Virus record (IMG/VR): IMGVR_UViG_3300022895_000010
Length of the DNA stretch: 64,000 bases
From: a virus
Strand: one strand, 5' to 3'
The notes beneath the pieces were generated by a model, which did no database searches, was not told the DNA's origin, and saw only the letters and a program-made list of their open reading frames with translations. A program made the position numbers and the translations under genes. This document shows, one piece after another, positions 50,325 through 62,300 of this stretch (position 1 is its first letter; each line of letters starts with the position of its first letter).

Positions 50325-51437
50325 TTATTCCTCTGTTTCCCCAATTACATCATTAATGATATCAAGGTCAATCGTTTTTCCATACTTTAAGAACATGTAC
50401 TTCTGAAGTGTAGTAGGTAAATCGTATTCACGTCTTATAATAAATAGATATTTTTCATCGACCTTATCTTCATCGACTACATTACGCTTAATATCGATTT
50501 TGACATCATTGTCTGCCGCTACTACTTGTTTAAGAATATCCACGTTCTCTGCATCGTTGTTTGTTTTGATTTTAATAAAGTCATATTCATCTTTGAGATC
50601 TTTGATGAAAGTAATCTTTTCTTCAGTTGATTCAAAGTGAATCTCATCAATATTAACTGTAATATATGATGGAGCTTCTTTATTCACAAGATGCTTAACT
50701 CTGAATGTTAATTCTTCTGTATCATAATAACATTCTAAATAACCTTTGGATTTCTTTTCACCAAATGCAAATGCACTATAAGAACCTGTATAATAAATCT
50801 TTTTCTTCCAATCACATCTATCATGAATGTGACCAAATGAAATTAATCCATAACATAATTCAGATAATTGTTTAGCTTTAAATGTTACTGCATTTCTAAC
50901 AAATCTTTCCCCTGTATCTTCTGCTTTTTCAGGAACATGAGCTACGAAGTCAATCATGCCATGACCAATGATATAGTCATATTTACCTTCAGTATTAAAG
51001 TATTCAGCATAATATTCTTCAGGATTCTCTGGATATTCTTCTGGAAGATATAATACGAAGATATCCTCAAATAATTCTTCAACTTCAACCGTTGTAATAA
51101 TTCTAAAGTTTTTATGTTTACCTTCAAACTTCTTGAATACATCTAATTGGTTAAAGTCATGTGTTTTAGTTCCTTTAATAATTCTTAATTCGAAATCATA
51201 TTTATCAGACAATTCACATAATTCGGTAACAAATTCTAATACTAGTTTACCACCAATTTCATTGAATTTAAGAATTCTGTCATATAAATCTCCTTGAACG
51301 AATAAGACATCAATGTCTTCTCCTTCTTTATGGATCTTCTTATTGAATTGACCTAATTCTTTGAATAATCTTAAATCATCCTTTTTACCAAAATGGATAT
51401 CTGAAATATGAAGTGAATAAATTTTACCATCCTTCAA
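50325..51437 (-). CDS. SbcD/Mre11-family nuclease
   Basis: HISDIHFG, GDLYD, GTKTHD, GHG and GHIH. Confidence 0.85.
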   Translation of the reverse strand: MKDGKIYSLHISDIHFGKKDDLRLFKELGQFNKKIHKEGEDIDVLFVQGDLYDRILKFNEIGGKLVLEFVTELCELSDKYDFELRIIKGTKTHDFNQLDVFKKFEGKHKNFRIITTVEVEELFEDIFVLYLPEEYPENPEEYYAEYFNTEGKYDYIIGHGMIDFVAHVPEKAEDTGERFVRNAVTFKAKQLSELCYGLISFGHIHDRCDWKKKIYYTGSYSAFAFGEKKSKGYLECYYDTEELTFRVKHLVNKEAPSYITVNIDEIHFESTEEKITFIKDLKDEYDFIKIKTNNDAENVDILKQVVAADNDVKIDIKRNVVDEDKVDEKYLFIIRREYDLPTTLQKYMFLKYGKTIDLDIINDVIGETEE

Positions 51438-51487
51438 ATAGATGACCTCCCCCTTGTGAGAAATACAATAATTAGTTATTTTATATA

Positions 51488-52264
51488 TTAAAAATTAAAT
51501 CTATTAGAATTATTTTCTTCTAAACTAATTGTAAACTTGTTTCCTTCTGCATCAATTTTTACCGGTATTCTACCTTCTTTGAAGCCCATTCTAGTTAGAG
51601 TATTAATTACTTCTTTTCTAGTTAAAGGAGTATAGAATGCTTCATCAGACCAAGTCTTAGAATTTGAATATACATTAAAATCACCTTTATCAGCTAATAC
51701 AAATTCAACTATACCTTTATTTGGATTGAAGTTTATATTATAATGTCTTCTACCAGTTTTCTTTGCAAATGTCTTTATAGTCTCATTAAATGATATATAA
51801 TTAGTATATCCTTCTGATTTTAATGTAATAAATGGTTGACGGTAATAAGTTCTTGCAAATATATCTTCATGTTTTCTTTCTGGATTATCATTTCCAGTCA
51901 ATATAATCTTTCCAGCAGACATTGTTTTTACTAATTCTACTTGAATTGTTCCATAGTTGAATCCCATTCCTAATAGTAAATTTTTAATTGGAACTGATGA
52001 AATGCCGAATGGGGTAACGCCAGGATTCCAAGGAGTACTATATAAAGATTTACCTTCATGACTTAATAGAAATTCTACCTTATTTTCTTCTTCATTATAA
52101 AATACTTTAAAGAATTTTAAATCAGTTTTAGAAATAAAATCTTTTACATTTGCACTTAAAGTTATATGAGGATCATTTTCTCTAAAGGTAATAGTTGAAT
52201 TACTGTTCTTTGGTAAATTTAAGTCTAATTCTTTCCACATATTATTTAACTCCTTTATAAACAT
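51488..52264 (-). CDS. hypothetical protein with two copies of a family domain
   Basis: Repeated K.F..KT...F..V.FxL...MGF..G.I.V. Confidence 0.7.
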   Translation of the reverse strand: MFIKELNNMWKELDLNLPKNSNSTITFRENDPHITLSANVKDFISKTDLKFFKVFYNEEENKVEFLLSHEGKSLYSTPWNPGVTPFGISSVPIKNLLLGMGFNYGTIQVELVKTMSAGKIILTGNDNPERKHEDIFARTYYRQPFITLKSEGYTNYISFNETIKTFAKKTGRRHYNINFNPNKGIVEFVLADKGDFNVYSNSKTWSDEAFYTPLTRKEVINTLTRMGFKEGRIPVKIDAEGNKFTISLEENNSNRFNF

Positions 52265-52619
52265 CTAAAGATATTATAAATTTTTCGTTTTCACTATCTA
52301 CTTCTACTGGAATTCTACCATAATTAAATCCCATATCTAATAATACTTGAACTACATCATTCCTAGATAATCCTGAGTGGAATGGCTGATTCATATTAAT
52401 TCCATATTCAGGGTATACATTAAAATCAAGACCATTGTCAGTTAATACAAATTCAATCACTTTCTTTTCAGTATCAAATATAATCTTGTAATATCTTTTA
52501 TCTGTTTTTCTTACAAATTCTTTCAAAGCAGTATTAAACCTTATGAAAGCAGGTGATGTTGCAAGTGTTATAAAGAATCTTGATTTTACTGGTAGTCTAT
52601 TCATTATTTCTCTTCTCAT
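52242..52619 (-). CDS. hypothetical protein, paralog of 51488..52264
   Basis: FIRFN..KEFVRKTDKRYY...EFVL...MGFNYGRIPV. Confidence 0.7.
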   Translation of the reverse strand: MRREIMNRLPVKSRFFITLATSPAFIRFNTALKEFVRKTDKRYYKIIFDTEKKVIEFVLTDNGLDFNVYPEYGINMNQPFHSGLSRNDVVQVLLDMGFNYGRIPVEVDSENEKFIISLDVYKGVK

Positions 52620-52975
52620 GCTAATTTCTCCCCTAAACGATAATTATAATTATCTACTATTTTTCTAACTTCTTCTATTTTTATTAAATAATCAGGTACT
52701 AATAAGAATTTCTTAGGATCATTTGTCTTGAAGAAATTCATTCTTGATACACAATCTACTTCTAATTGAGTTACACCAGACTTAGATACTTTTACACCTT
52801 TTATACCACTCTTAAATTCTAGTAAATATATTCTGTATTTATCACTAATTCTACTATTAATCCAATACGTATGATAATCATTGTCATACATATAACTTTT
52901 TAATCTACTTGAATTGTAATGTCTATGAAATCCTACTCTAGTAAGGAATATTAAAGGTTCTAACATTTCAGCCAT
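52616..52975 (-). CDS. hypothetical protein
   Basis: SSRLK.YM..SRM.FF motif shared with 53664..54086. Confidence 0.55.
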   Translation of the reverse strand: MAEMLEPLIFLTRVGFHRHYNSSRLKSYMYDNDYHTYWINSRISDKYRIYLLEFKSGIKGVKVSKSGVTQLEVDCVSRMNFFKTNDPKKFLLVPDYLIKIEEVRKIVDNYNYRLGEKLA

Positions 52976-53661
52976 TATATTGATCTCTCCTGTTTATAAA
53001 TTTCTTTTCCAGTCACTCTAAATAATTTTTCATCTCTATATAAAGTATATACATATCCTTCGATGAAATCATAATCTTCTAAGTATTCTAAAACATAATT
53101 TTTCCCTCTTAAAAGAACTTTTGGAATAGGATTAGCTTTTGCTGGAGTATTTTCAAATTCAAATACCGCTACAACAGGTTCATCAAAAGACCAAGCATAA
53201 ATTAATTTATTCTCCATATTAACAATATAAGAAAGCTTAGTATGTCTCTTACTTTTAAATAGTTTTCTAAGTGGATGTCCTTTGATATGAGCTAATTCTT
53301 GTTTGATGTGTTCTAGCGGTTTTTCTAAATATCCTCTTTCTCTTAGATATTCAATTGCATCTTCAACAATAAATCTAAAGTTTTCTGGGACATCCTCTAC
53401 CTTTATACAATTCTCTGGTTTTGCAAAGGATTTAGTTGAACCAGCAGTTTTCTTAGTAAATGTTTCAAATAATATTAGAGGATTTTCAGTATAGTATGAT
53501 ATTCTAATAGCCGCTTTTTCACCATTAGGAAGTTGAGGTACTATTAATATATAATAATGTGATCCAAAATAATCCCATGAAGCTATTCTAAATTTATCAT
53601 TTTTGATTTTATATTCTCTACCTTTATAGCTTAAAAATTTAACACCATCATATTTACTCAT
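52975..53661 (-). CDS. hypothetical protein
   Basis: Coupled ORF. Confidence 0.6.
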   Translation of the reverse strand: MSKYDGVKFLSYKGREYKIKNDKFRIASWDYFGSHYYILIVPQLPNGEKAAIRISYYTENPLILFETFTKKTAGSTKSFAKPENCIKVEDVPENFRFIVEDAIEYLRERGYLEKPLEHIKQELAHIKGHPLRKLFKSKRHTKLSYIVNMENKLIYAWSFDEPVVAVFEFENTPAKANPIPKVLLRGKNYVLEYLEDYDFIEGYVYTLYRDEKLFRVTGKEIYKQERSI

Positions 53662-53663
53662 AG

Positions 53664-54086
53664 TTATTCACCTCTATATTCCATGATTATTTCTGGTAAT
53701 CTTTTACGTCTGCCTAACATTTCATGTGATACAAGAATAAATTCATTATTCTTAGTAGTTCTAAATAGAAACATTCTTGACCTTGATTCTATTTGATTGT
53801 TGCATGTGGAACATAGATTTCCATGTTTATCTAAAGCCCAAATAATACCTTGAGTATCATTTACATCAAAAATTATCTTAAAGACTTGCTCTTTCTTAAT
53901 TAAAGTTTCAATTTTATAACTAAAGAATCCATTTAATAACATGAATTCTCTTAATCTAGAGGAAACATAAGCAGTACTATGACTGTTTACTGTTATAAAA
54001 CAATCCATACCTAAAAGACCTAAATCATACATCAATATCTTCCACCTTATAAAATTTTGCATATTTTCTGTTATATTTCTTATCAT
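53664..54086 (-). CDS. hypothetical protein
   Basis: Paralog of 52616..52975. Confidence 0.55.
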   Translation of the reverse strand: MIRNITENMQNFIRWKILMYDLGLLGMDCFITVNSHSTAYVSSRLREFMLLNGFFSYKIETLIKKEQVFKIIFDVNDTQGIIWALDKHGNLCSTCNNQIESRSRMFLFRTTKNNEFILVSHEMLGRRKRLPEIIMEYRGE

Positions 54087-54414
54087 TATTTCTTAATGCT
54101 TCACCGTAATAATCTTCAAATATATCAAGAACCTCAGACTCAATACATACATCACAATTATTATGACACTTTTCTTCTTCATTTTTGTATATAAATATCA
54201 ATCTTTCATTATCTTTTAAGCTATTACATTTCCCTTCTAAGAACTCCTCATATGTAATAGTCTCTACAATCTTAAAAGGAATTAATTCAGTATCTCTAAC
54301 TCTTTCAGGATTAATACTTTCCTTTAATTGATCAATAGTGTTGAATAATTTTATTGAATGCATATAAGTGCAACAATATTCATTATCCTCAATAATTAAT
54401 AAATAATTTTCCAT
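54025..54414 (-). CDS. hypothetical protein
   Basis: GGAGG RBS and an upstream promoter-like motif. Confidence 0.6.
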   Translation of the reverse strand: MENYLLIIEDNEYCCTYMHSIKLFNTIDQLKESINPERVRDTELIPFKIVETITYEEFLEGKCNSLKDNERLIFIYKNEEEKCHNNCDVCIESEVLDIFEDYYGEALRNNDKKYNRKYAKFYKVEDIDV

Positions 54415-54501
54415 AATAAAAAAATCCTCCTTGATAAATTATTAAATCCAATACACCTTTATAATATATACTTAAAAGTGTATTGGATTTTTATTAGTTT
54501 A

Positions 54502-54942
54502 TTATAGTATTGCTCCTCGATGTCTTATGGAATAATTAAATGAAAAATCTTCTAAGAAATCTTCATTAACATATTCCTTTTCAAGACAGTTATCTTCAAT
54601 TACAAATTCACCTCTAACATCATATAGGCGTCCATTAATTTCAGTAACAATATGACCAATTTCTCTAATATATACTGGTATAGATATTGGAAATTGAGAC
54701 TTAAGAATATGATAGAACCAACCGCAATTACCACGAGTATAGATTTCTTTAATCATTTCATTACCGCCATCAGTCTCTTCTTCCATTTCAGGTTCACCTT
54801 TAATAAGCTGAATAAATTTAAGAACTTTATCATTTTGATCTTCTGGTTCTTGGAATAATTCATCATGACTATATTGCTTATATACAGTAAATACCTTTAA
54901 ATTAAAATCATTTAATATTGGTTTCTTAATTACTACTGACAT
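54502..54942 (-). CDS. hypothetical phage protein
   Basis: G.CGWF...H...I.G.LYD..G; a Cys-His-Asp pattern is possible. Confidence 0.6.
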   Translation of the reverse strand: MSVVIKKPILNDFNLKVFTVYKQYSHDELFQEPEDQNDKVLKFIQLIKGEPEMEEETDGGNEMIKEIYTRGNCGWFYHILKSQFPISIPVYIREIGHIVTEINGRLYDVRGEFVIEDNCLEKEYVNEDFLEDFSFNYSIRHRGAIL

Positions 54943-55068
54943 TATTTGTTTCTCCCTAATGCAGATTTAGTTTGAATTTTAATTAATTCCGAAGTATTTT
55001 TACCACCATTCAATAGAGTATCACCAAATTTACCATATAGTGAAGCCGCTTTAATTTTGACTGGTTTT

Positions 55069-55740
55069 TTATTCTTCATTTTCATCATCCTCCAAGAATA
55101 GATTTAGTTTTACATCATTTGACGGAAATCTGTCACTAACTTCATCAAGACTATTTACAGGTTTCTTATCAAATACTTTACTATTTATTCTACCTACACG
55201 ATAAAGTTGCTCTGAACTATCAAATGCTTTGTGAATAGTTAGTTCATGACTTAATAATTTATCAACTGTTTTAGGATCTACTTCACCATATAAGAATTCC
55301 GTAACATTTTTCCCATTTACGATATTATCACGGAGTAAATATATTAAATAATGTTTCCCTTTATATTTTATTTCAAAAACAAAGGGTTGCGATATGCTCA
55401 TTAAAGTAGTTACTTTATATTCAGGATTTTCTTCTCCTTCATCAAATATAAAGTTGAATATACTTTTGATAGGACTTTTAAGCATCTTATCCATCTCAAC
55501 AAAATAATCTGGTTTTGGAAATCTATCAGAGAATTCAATCTTTTCTTCAATAGTATATTCAACATCAAAAGCATCATCCCAGAATAATAATAAATTTGTC
55601 TTTTCAGGTAAATAAGCGACAATTATAGCATATGACATATCACCTGCATAACCAGTGCACCACCAAGGAAAACTAGGGTTGAAATGAAGAGGTCTGTAAT
55701 CCTCTACTGATTTTGTCTTAAATCTATATCTTTTCCACAT
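55069..55740 (-). CDS. hypothetical protein
   Basis: Coupled ORF. Confidence 0.6.
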   Translation of the reverse strand: MWKRYRFKTKSVEDYRPLHFNPSFPWWCTGYAGDMSYAIIVAYLPEKTNLLLFWDDAFDVEYTIEEKIEFSDRFPKPDYFVEMDKMLKSPIKSIFNFIFDEGEENPEYKVTTLMSISQPFVFEIKYKGKHYLIYLLRDNIVNGKNVTEFLYGEVDPKTVDKLLSHELTIHKAFDSSEQLYRVGRINSKVFDKKPVNSLDEVSDRFPSNDVKLNLFLEDDENEE

Positions 55741-56012
55741 TAAAATACACGCTCCCTTTCTTCTTTTCGTTTCATAACTTCATGAATATAATCTAAACCT
55801 TCTCTACTATTAAACCACGTTTCAGCTTTTCTTATAGCAGGAAATCTTTTAATAATACCTTCATCTATTAAATGAGATCCAGGAATCATTACATGATTTA
55901 CTGTTTCTCCATTATTCATTATTACATCTGCTTCATATAATTTACCACCCATTAACATGTGATAGAATCTAATTTTCATTTTAAACGGTTTTAATTCCTT
56001 TTTCTCTTCCAT
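55740..56012 (-). CDS. hypothetical protein
   Basis: Coupled ORF. Confidence 0.55.
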   Translation of the reverse strand: MEEKKELKPFKMKIRFYHMLMGGKLYEADVIMNNGETVNHVMIPGSHLIDEGIIKRFPAIRKAETWFNSREGLDYIHEVMKRKEERERVF

Positions 56013-56328
56013 TGTTATATTTCTCCTCTGCTATTTGAATTGCTTTATCCATACCATGTTCATTCCAATCATCAAAATCAATTAGACCACCTTCAAGACT
56101 TAAATCAGGTCTTTTTCTAGTAATATACCTTGCTAGACCTCCGCATACTACAGATGTATCTCCATGACAAGACCAATTATGACCACTGTTTTCTTTTATT
56201 TTTATAATATCAAAACTATCTGGAAGACATCCATATCCCTGTGCTTGTTCAGCTTCCATACTGCAAGAGAAGGGGCAAGTTAAGCACCCTCCTGATCCAC
56301 AAGGCGATCTATCTGTTGTAGTACCCAT
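55981..56328 (-). CDS. Cys-rich hypothetical protein
   Basis: CLTCPF, GCLP, WSCH and CGG. Confidence 0.6.
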   Translation of the reverse strand: MGTTTDRSPCGSGGCLTCPFSCSMEAEQAQGYGCLPDSFDIIKIKENSGHNWSCHGDTSVVCGGLARYITRKRPDLSLEGGLIDFDDWNEHGMDKAIQIAEEKYNNGREKGIKTV

Positions 56329-57626
56329 TAATTTATACCTCCGTCATTTGAATGAATAGTAAATGATTCATATCCTTCACCATTGAAATATATTCCATAT
56401 CTGCCAAAACTGAAACCTTCATTAATAAACATTTTAGATACTTTAACCCCACCGAAACCTCTAGTTAATACTGATTTAGACATCACTTCTTCATTAAGTT
56501 CAAATGAGAAGTCACCGTTCTTTTCATCTTCAAATCTAAATTCAATAGAACCATTATTAGTAGCTGAATCTCTATGTTTTACTGTTATATTTATATACTT
56601 TTTATTATTCTTTCTAACAATATCTTTTAATTGCTCATTAAAGTGAATACATGGTGTATATGGTGATATACGTACAAATGGTTTTCCATATAATTCTTTT
56701 TGACTTGTTTCTTTCTTTTTATTATAAGCAGGAACAAGAACACTTTTTATATCTGGTAAAGATTTAGTTTCTCTTAATTCAAGCACTTCTTTTAAATATA
56801 ATTCAATAGATTCTTTACTATCACCGCTTATACTTTCTCTCTTAACCCAGAGACCCATTAATACACCTGATGTGAAATGATTAGTAATAGTTCTTTCAAC
56901 TATTCCAATTATAATATCTCTTATTGATTTTTCATTAATTTCAGCTATTTCATAGAATTTAATAGCATTTTTTAATGTTCCTATAAATTTATCTGTTATA
57001 ACAATATCTATTTTAAATAAATCTTCTTCATTTTTTTCTTCTGTATCAATTTCTTTGCCTTCCATAATAAGGTCAACATTATCTGAAAAGTTCTTATCGT
57101 AATCGTAATGATTATCTTCTGCAAAATCATTAAATAGTTTATCTTTCTTAGTTAATTCTTCACAATATACTGATACTCCATAAGCTTGCTTCTTAGTATA
57201 AGATTGTTGATACCAAATATAACCTACTCCACCATCATCATCAGACCATATAAGCATGTTACCATCTTTATCCACTTTAGCTAAACATGCCATAAAATCC
57301 CACCATGTAATTTCTGTATCATTGAATGGCACTGCATCTACATTAATATAATCACTATTATAATTATCAATATCTGGTACAACTACTGAAATAAACATAT
57401 GTGTAGCTTCATTTCTTTCAAGATAATATTGAGGATCAATTTTATCGAAATCATATTCAAGATCATTTACTCTTTTACTAGTATCTAAAGCTTTCTTCAA
57501 TAATTTCTTATCATTTTCACCTAACGCTACAAATACTCCATCATGGTTATTTGGTTTATTACCTACTTTAAATACATTCTCAATTTTAGTCCAGTTAGTT
57601 TTATAAGTCATTTTAAATTCCTCCAA
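56328..57626 (-). CDS. hypothetical protein; C-terminus is in the 51488/52242 family
   Basis: PCIHFNEQLKDIVRK..KKY...IEF...GFSFGRY. Confidence 0.65.
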   Translation of the reverse strand: MEEFKMTYKTNWTKIENVFKVGNKPNNHDGVFVALGENDKKLLKKALDTSKRVNDLEYDFDKIDPQYYLERNEATHMFISVVVPDIDNYNSDYINVDAVPFNDTEITWWDFMACLAKVDKDGNMLIWSDDDGGVGYIWYQQSYTKKQAYGVSVYCEELTKKDKLFNDFAEDNHYDYDKNFSDNVDLIMEGKEIDTEEKNEEDLFKIDIVITDKFIGTLKNAIKFYEIAEINEKSIRDIIIGIVERTITNHFTSGVLMGLWVKRESISGDSKESIELYLKEVLELRETKSLPDIKSVLVPAYNKKKETSQKELYGKPFVRISPYTPCIHFNEQLKDIVRKNNKKYINITVKHRDSATNNGSIEFRFEDEKNGDFSFELNEEVMSKSVLTRGFGGVKVSKMFINEGFSFGRYGIYFNGEGYESFTIHSNDGGIN

Positions 57627-57635
57627 GTAATTTTA

Positions 57636-57863
57636 TTAGTATACTTTTCTCATATCTTTCCATTTACCACATTTTTCACATACTTTACCCTTATAGATAT
57701 CAGCCATCCAGCCACCGCCAGTTGTTCCTTGAATCCTTCTATATGTATGGTCACAGAATAATGAACGGATTCTCTTAACTCTAATAGGCGTTGCAGTTCC
57801 ACTAAAGAATACTAATTCTCCAAAATTGTTTGTAAATTTATTCATTCTTAATAATTTTCTCAT
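57636..57863 (-). CDS. small zinc-ribbon-like protein
   Basis: FCDH...CEKCGK. Confidence 0.55.
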   Translation of the reverse strand: MRKLLRMNKFTNNFGELVFFSGTATPIRVKRIRSLFCDHTYRRIQGTTGGGWMADIYKGKVCEKCGKWKDMRKVY

Positions 57864-57877
57864 ATCAATTCTCTCCC

Positions 57878-58198
57878 TTAGCTAGCTTTGTAAATAAATC
57901 TATCCTCATTAAATACTACTTCAAGTCTTCCTTCTCTTAATATACCATTTACTTTATCTTTATTTTTTCTAGATATATTAATATTTCTCTTAGATAGTAA
58001 AGAATATTGACACTTATTATGAATTTCTTTAACCTTTCTAACTAAGCTAAGACCTTCAGTATCATTTAATATAAAATGGATTTCATTATTAATTGATTCA
58101 ATTTTAATGAATTTCTTTTCCTTAGTATTAATAATACGCATTACATCACGATTAAATACTATTAAAGGAACATTACTTTCAGAATATGTTATAAACAT
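57878..58198 (-). CDS. hypothetical protein, 51488/52242 family
   Basis: PLIVFN...KKFIKI...IHFIL...EGRLEV. Confidence 0.55.
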   Translation of the reverse strand: MFITYSESNVPLIVFNRDVMRIINTKEKKFIKIESINNEIHFILNDTEGLSLVRKVKEIHNKCQYSLLSKRNINISRKNKDKVNGILREGRLEVVFNEDRFIYKAS

Positions 58199-58352
58199 AT
58201 CAAAACCCCCATTATTAAAATTATTAACTTAATCATTTAAAATAAAAATTATAAACTATATTAGATTAAATTAAATTCTAATAAATAATATGTAATTATA
58301 ATTAAATTTAACTATTCTTAGTCCTTAATATAAAAGAAAAAGATTATTCAAA

Positions 58353-58364
58353 AACAAAAAAATA
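58353..58364 (+). promoter_or_regulatory. AR9-type late promoter motif
   Basis: AACAaaaaaaTA precedes the second plus-strand block. Confidence 0.55.
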
Positions 58365-58394
58365 ACTTATGTGTTTGAAAGGAGTACTTTTATA

Positions 58395-59315
58395 ATGAAA
58401 AAACTTACAGATAGTGCTATATTTACAAAATTAGGGTCAAACCAATCAGTAATGAACAATGTTAGAAGTATCAATATTACACGAGATAAAATCCCTATGG
58501 AGACTTATCAGAATGAGATTTCTACGATCCAGAGACGTATTAATTATCCAACTAAGGGTAAAGTAATGTATAATTTGATGAATGAACGTATCATTCTTAT
58601 TAATAATCCTAGTATCAAGCTACCTAAATACTTAAACATTGTTGGTACACAAAGTACCAATAAAGGTATTGTAATGACAGTAGCAATTAATAGTTATACT
58701 AATAGTTCAGGTGAAATTTTCCCTAAAACATTATTTGGATTACTTCAAAATGCTACTATTTCATTAGAATTATTTGAAAACTGGAATCGTTTTACAATGC
58801 ATATTGAATTCCTTAAAAATGCGGCTCAATCATACTCTCGTTTAATGGGTAAAGTATTTGATAAGCTATTTGCAATCAATATTGATGATTTTAAAGCTGA
58901 TTTAGTTCATTTCTATTTATCTAAGTTCTTCTTAGTAAATGTATGTGGTAAAAATGATTCTGATACGGTAAATAACATTGCTTATGCTTCTTGTTATAAT
59001 CGTTCTAACTATAGTTTAGTTACAGACCAAGAAGATACATTTAATGGTAAGCAGTATGATAATATCTTTGAATTATTTAACAATCTTAAGACTGTACCAG
59101 GATTAGAAGGACTAAATATTCGTGGATTTATTGAGAACTGGGTAAGAATGTATGGGGAATCTACTTTATTAGCAATGGATTACTTACCTGCATTCCTTAA
59201 CATGATCTTTGCTTCTATTGTTGGTGGTAACTTAAATAAAGAGTATATCATTGATAGTGTTGCTGGAAAAACTAATAACAAAGCGTTTATGGAGTTCAGT
59301 AAATTAATTAAATAA
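58395..59315 (+). CDS. probable virion or late protein (start likely 58395)
   Basis: AAGGAG RBS before an in-frame ATG; first gene of the plus-strand block. Confidence 0.6.
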   Translation: MKKLTDSAIFTKLGSNQSVMNNVRSINITRDKIPMETYQNEISTIQRRINYPTKGKVMYNLMNERIILINNPSIKLPKYLNIVGTQSTNKGIVMTVAINSYTNSSGEIFPKTLFGLLQNATISLELFENWNRFTMHIEFLKNAAQSYSRLMGKVFDKLFAINIDDFKADLVHFYLSKFFLVNVCGKNDSDTVNNIAYASCYNRSNYSLVTDQEDTFNGKQYDNIFELFNNLKTVPGLEGLNIRGFIENWVRMYGESTLLAMDYLPAFLNMIFASIVGGNLNKEYIIDSVAGKTNNKAFMEFSKLIK

Positions 59316-59328
59316 AAGAGGTGTTTTT

Positions 59329-62300
59329 ATGTTAAACTTGTATTACTATAAGTATATGAGTCTAATTAAGAAGAATCGCCTTGACCTTTATGAAAACATA
59401 AATGTGTTTAAAAAGCAGAATAAGAAGATTTCCTTAAATGGGAACTTCTTATTTGCTACTATTAATAAAGGTTTCGTAGCGCATCTCTTAACTAAAGATG
59501 ATTACTCTAAAAGAAAAGAAATACTAATATCTGATGGAGATGTATTCAATATCAATGTAACAGATGATAAGATATTCTTATTACTTGCTAATAAGATTAA
59601 AATATACAATTATACTGTAACAAATGTTGTGGATATTAATATTACATTCAACAGAGATATTTTTTTCAGTCCTGCTATTGATTACAGTACTCAATTCAAA
59701 TATAAGAATGGTTTATTATACTTTGAGAACTATTACAGAAGTTATGTAATAGATACTAATAACTCTACAGTAAAAGTTACAGAAGAAATGTTCTTCCTTA
59801 CATCTGTAGAACCATACCGAAATGGTTTTATTCGTTCATTTGAAAAAGCTAATTCGTTTATGCTCTATACTGATATTGATGGAAAATCACCAAGAACTAT
59901 TTTCTCTAGAATATTTGATGATTCAATAAATGTAGTTAATACTGTAAAAGTTATTGATGAAACTGATATTATTGTAAGCTTTTATGATGGGGAAATAAGA
60001 AGAATTACATTAGATGATTCTTTAGATATTGTTGTCAATGAGGTTCTTGTAACATTACCAACTCATCCAGATACTATTGATTATAATAAAACTTATATCA
60101 TATTCTCTTATCCAGAAGGCATTTATCTCCTTAATAGAAAGACAAAGGAATTAGAATTTATTAGAGTATCAGGTTATGTTGAAGATATGATTTGTAATGA
60201 TCTTCTTGTCTTTTATTCAATTAAGGATGATGTTGTTGCTTCTAATAAGCTATTAAACACGCCTATTGTCAACTTTAATTATCAAGAAGTAGAAGATGGA
60301 CAGAAAGGTGAAATCTTACTTAATTCCCATGTAGAATTGAATCATCGTTTTAAAATCAAGGATGATTCAAAATATAACATAAAGATTTCATTTAGAGGTA
60401 GAGAAGTAGCTACTGGTAATGTAGGTGTTGGATTCTATGATAATATATTCTTAGGAATAGATGGTGGAGTTCTTAGTAGTCAAGGACGCTATATGAGTAA
60501 TATTGAACCAGTTCATAGTTTAGTTAGCGATTATTATGGTTATTCATTATCGACACATGATAAGGATACTTTAGATATAGATAAATCTAAATTAATTCCT
60601 AGATTATATATCAAAGACGTATACACATATGGTACAGGTATATTTTTTAGACTTAGATATTATTCTAAACTAAATTACACTATTGTATTGGAATATGATG
60701 ATGTTAAAACACTTGTATGTAGATATGGAACTAATCCTTTTGAAGAGTTAGATAATCCTCCTAAAATTGTAGCACAATATCATGATACTTCATTGCATGA
60801 GGATTATTTATGGGTTGCTATACCGAATGTATATCATACAACTAACTATAGTGCAATAAAGGTTACAGAATATAACGTTTATGATAAAATAGATGAATAT
60901 AACTATCCAGTCTTTATAGAATATATAGATGATAAACAAACTGTATATGAAACATCTGATGGAGACATAAGACGATTCGAACCTGTTCTATTAAATAATC
61001 CTAATAATGTTATGACTCCTGAAACAGTGGAAAAAACATTAAGAGAGCGTTTAAATCCAACATTCGAATTTAAGAAGCAGGTTAAAGATGCTCCATTAAC
61101 TACTGAAGATAGAATCTCTGTATTTGATAATGGTGAGAAATATGGTTATAGAGACTTCTCTAAGGAAATACCATATGAACACAAAGAATCAGCAATGGAA
61201 TCTATCGTTTATGTAAATGGATTAAGAATGTTTAAGAAGAATTATCTCCAAAATGATAGTCTAGATGGTTTATTATCTACTTATATTGCAGATACAAAAC
61301 TAAAGTTAACTGATACAATAATTGTAGAAGGTAATATGAATAAGATAATAGATAGTGAGAAGTTTATTGGAAGCTATTTAATTACAGAAGCAGATGAACG
61401 TTCTAATATATCCGTAATCGGTGCTAATATATTCTCTAAAGAACCATTAGAAAAGAATATTAGTAGTGATGACCTAAGAGTATATATTAGATATAGTACT
61501 GGTTTCTTCTATAAACGACTAAATCCAAGATATTACCGAATTACCGTAAATAAAGCAATGAACCTAGTAAATGTAATTTTATATGGGGATATGTTGAATG
61601 GAGTAGGTACTGAGATAATAGTAGTTAAGGATGGAGTCAAAGATGAAACTCTATACTTCGATATTAATAGTAGTGGTGATATGAGAGATATTTTACCTTT
61701 AATATTTGTTAACAACATGGGTAATATTTTAACAAATCATATTGAAAATGAAGAAGATATTGAAGTAATAGTAGATGGTCTATATCTATATCCTAAGATC
61801 GACTTCACATTAATAAACGATCCTAAGAAACCAGATATGCCTTCAATTATACTATTTAGAAACACCTTACCTCAACAATGTAAATTAGAAATTAACTTCT
61901 TAAAGACTAAGATTAATAAATCAATTTACTTTAAACAAACAGGCTCTAATAATGAGATTGAATTAAATAACGATAAGAATGTCTTTATAAACGATTCCCT
62001 AACAGTATTTGTAGAGAATAAACGTATATCAAAAGACAATTACGACATCATTAATCATGACTTATTAGTACTTAAAGGAGTAGAGAGTAAGAATAATATA
62101 TTAGTACGATTCAATTATGAAGATACTACTCACCTAGAACTTCTAAGAGATAAGTACAAGCATCAACCAATCAAATATATTGCAGATAATAATACTAGTA
62201 TAAAATCAAAAGGTCAAGACAAGTTCCTAAAAGATTATCTAACATCTAAAGGTATTGCATTAATTACTAATAAACCTAATATCTTTAACTTTGATTCATT

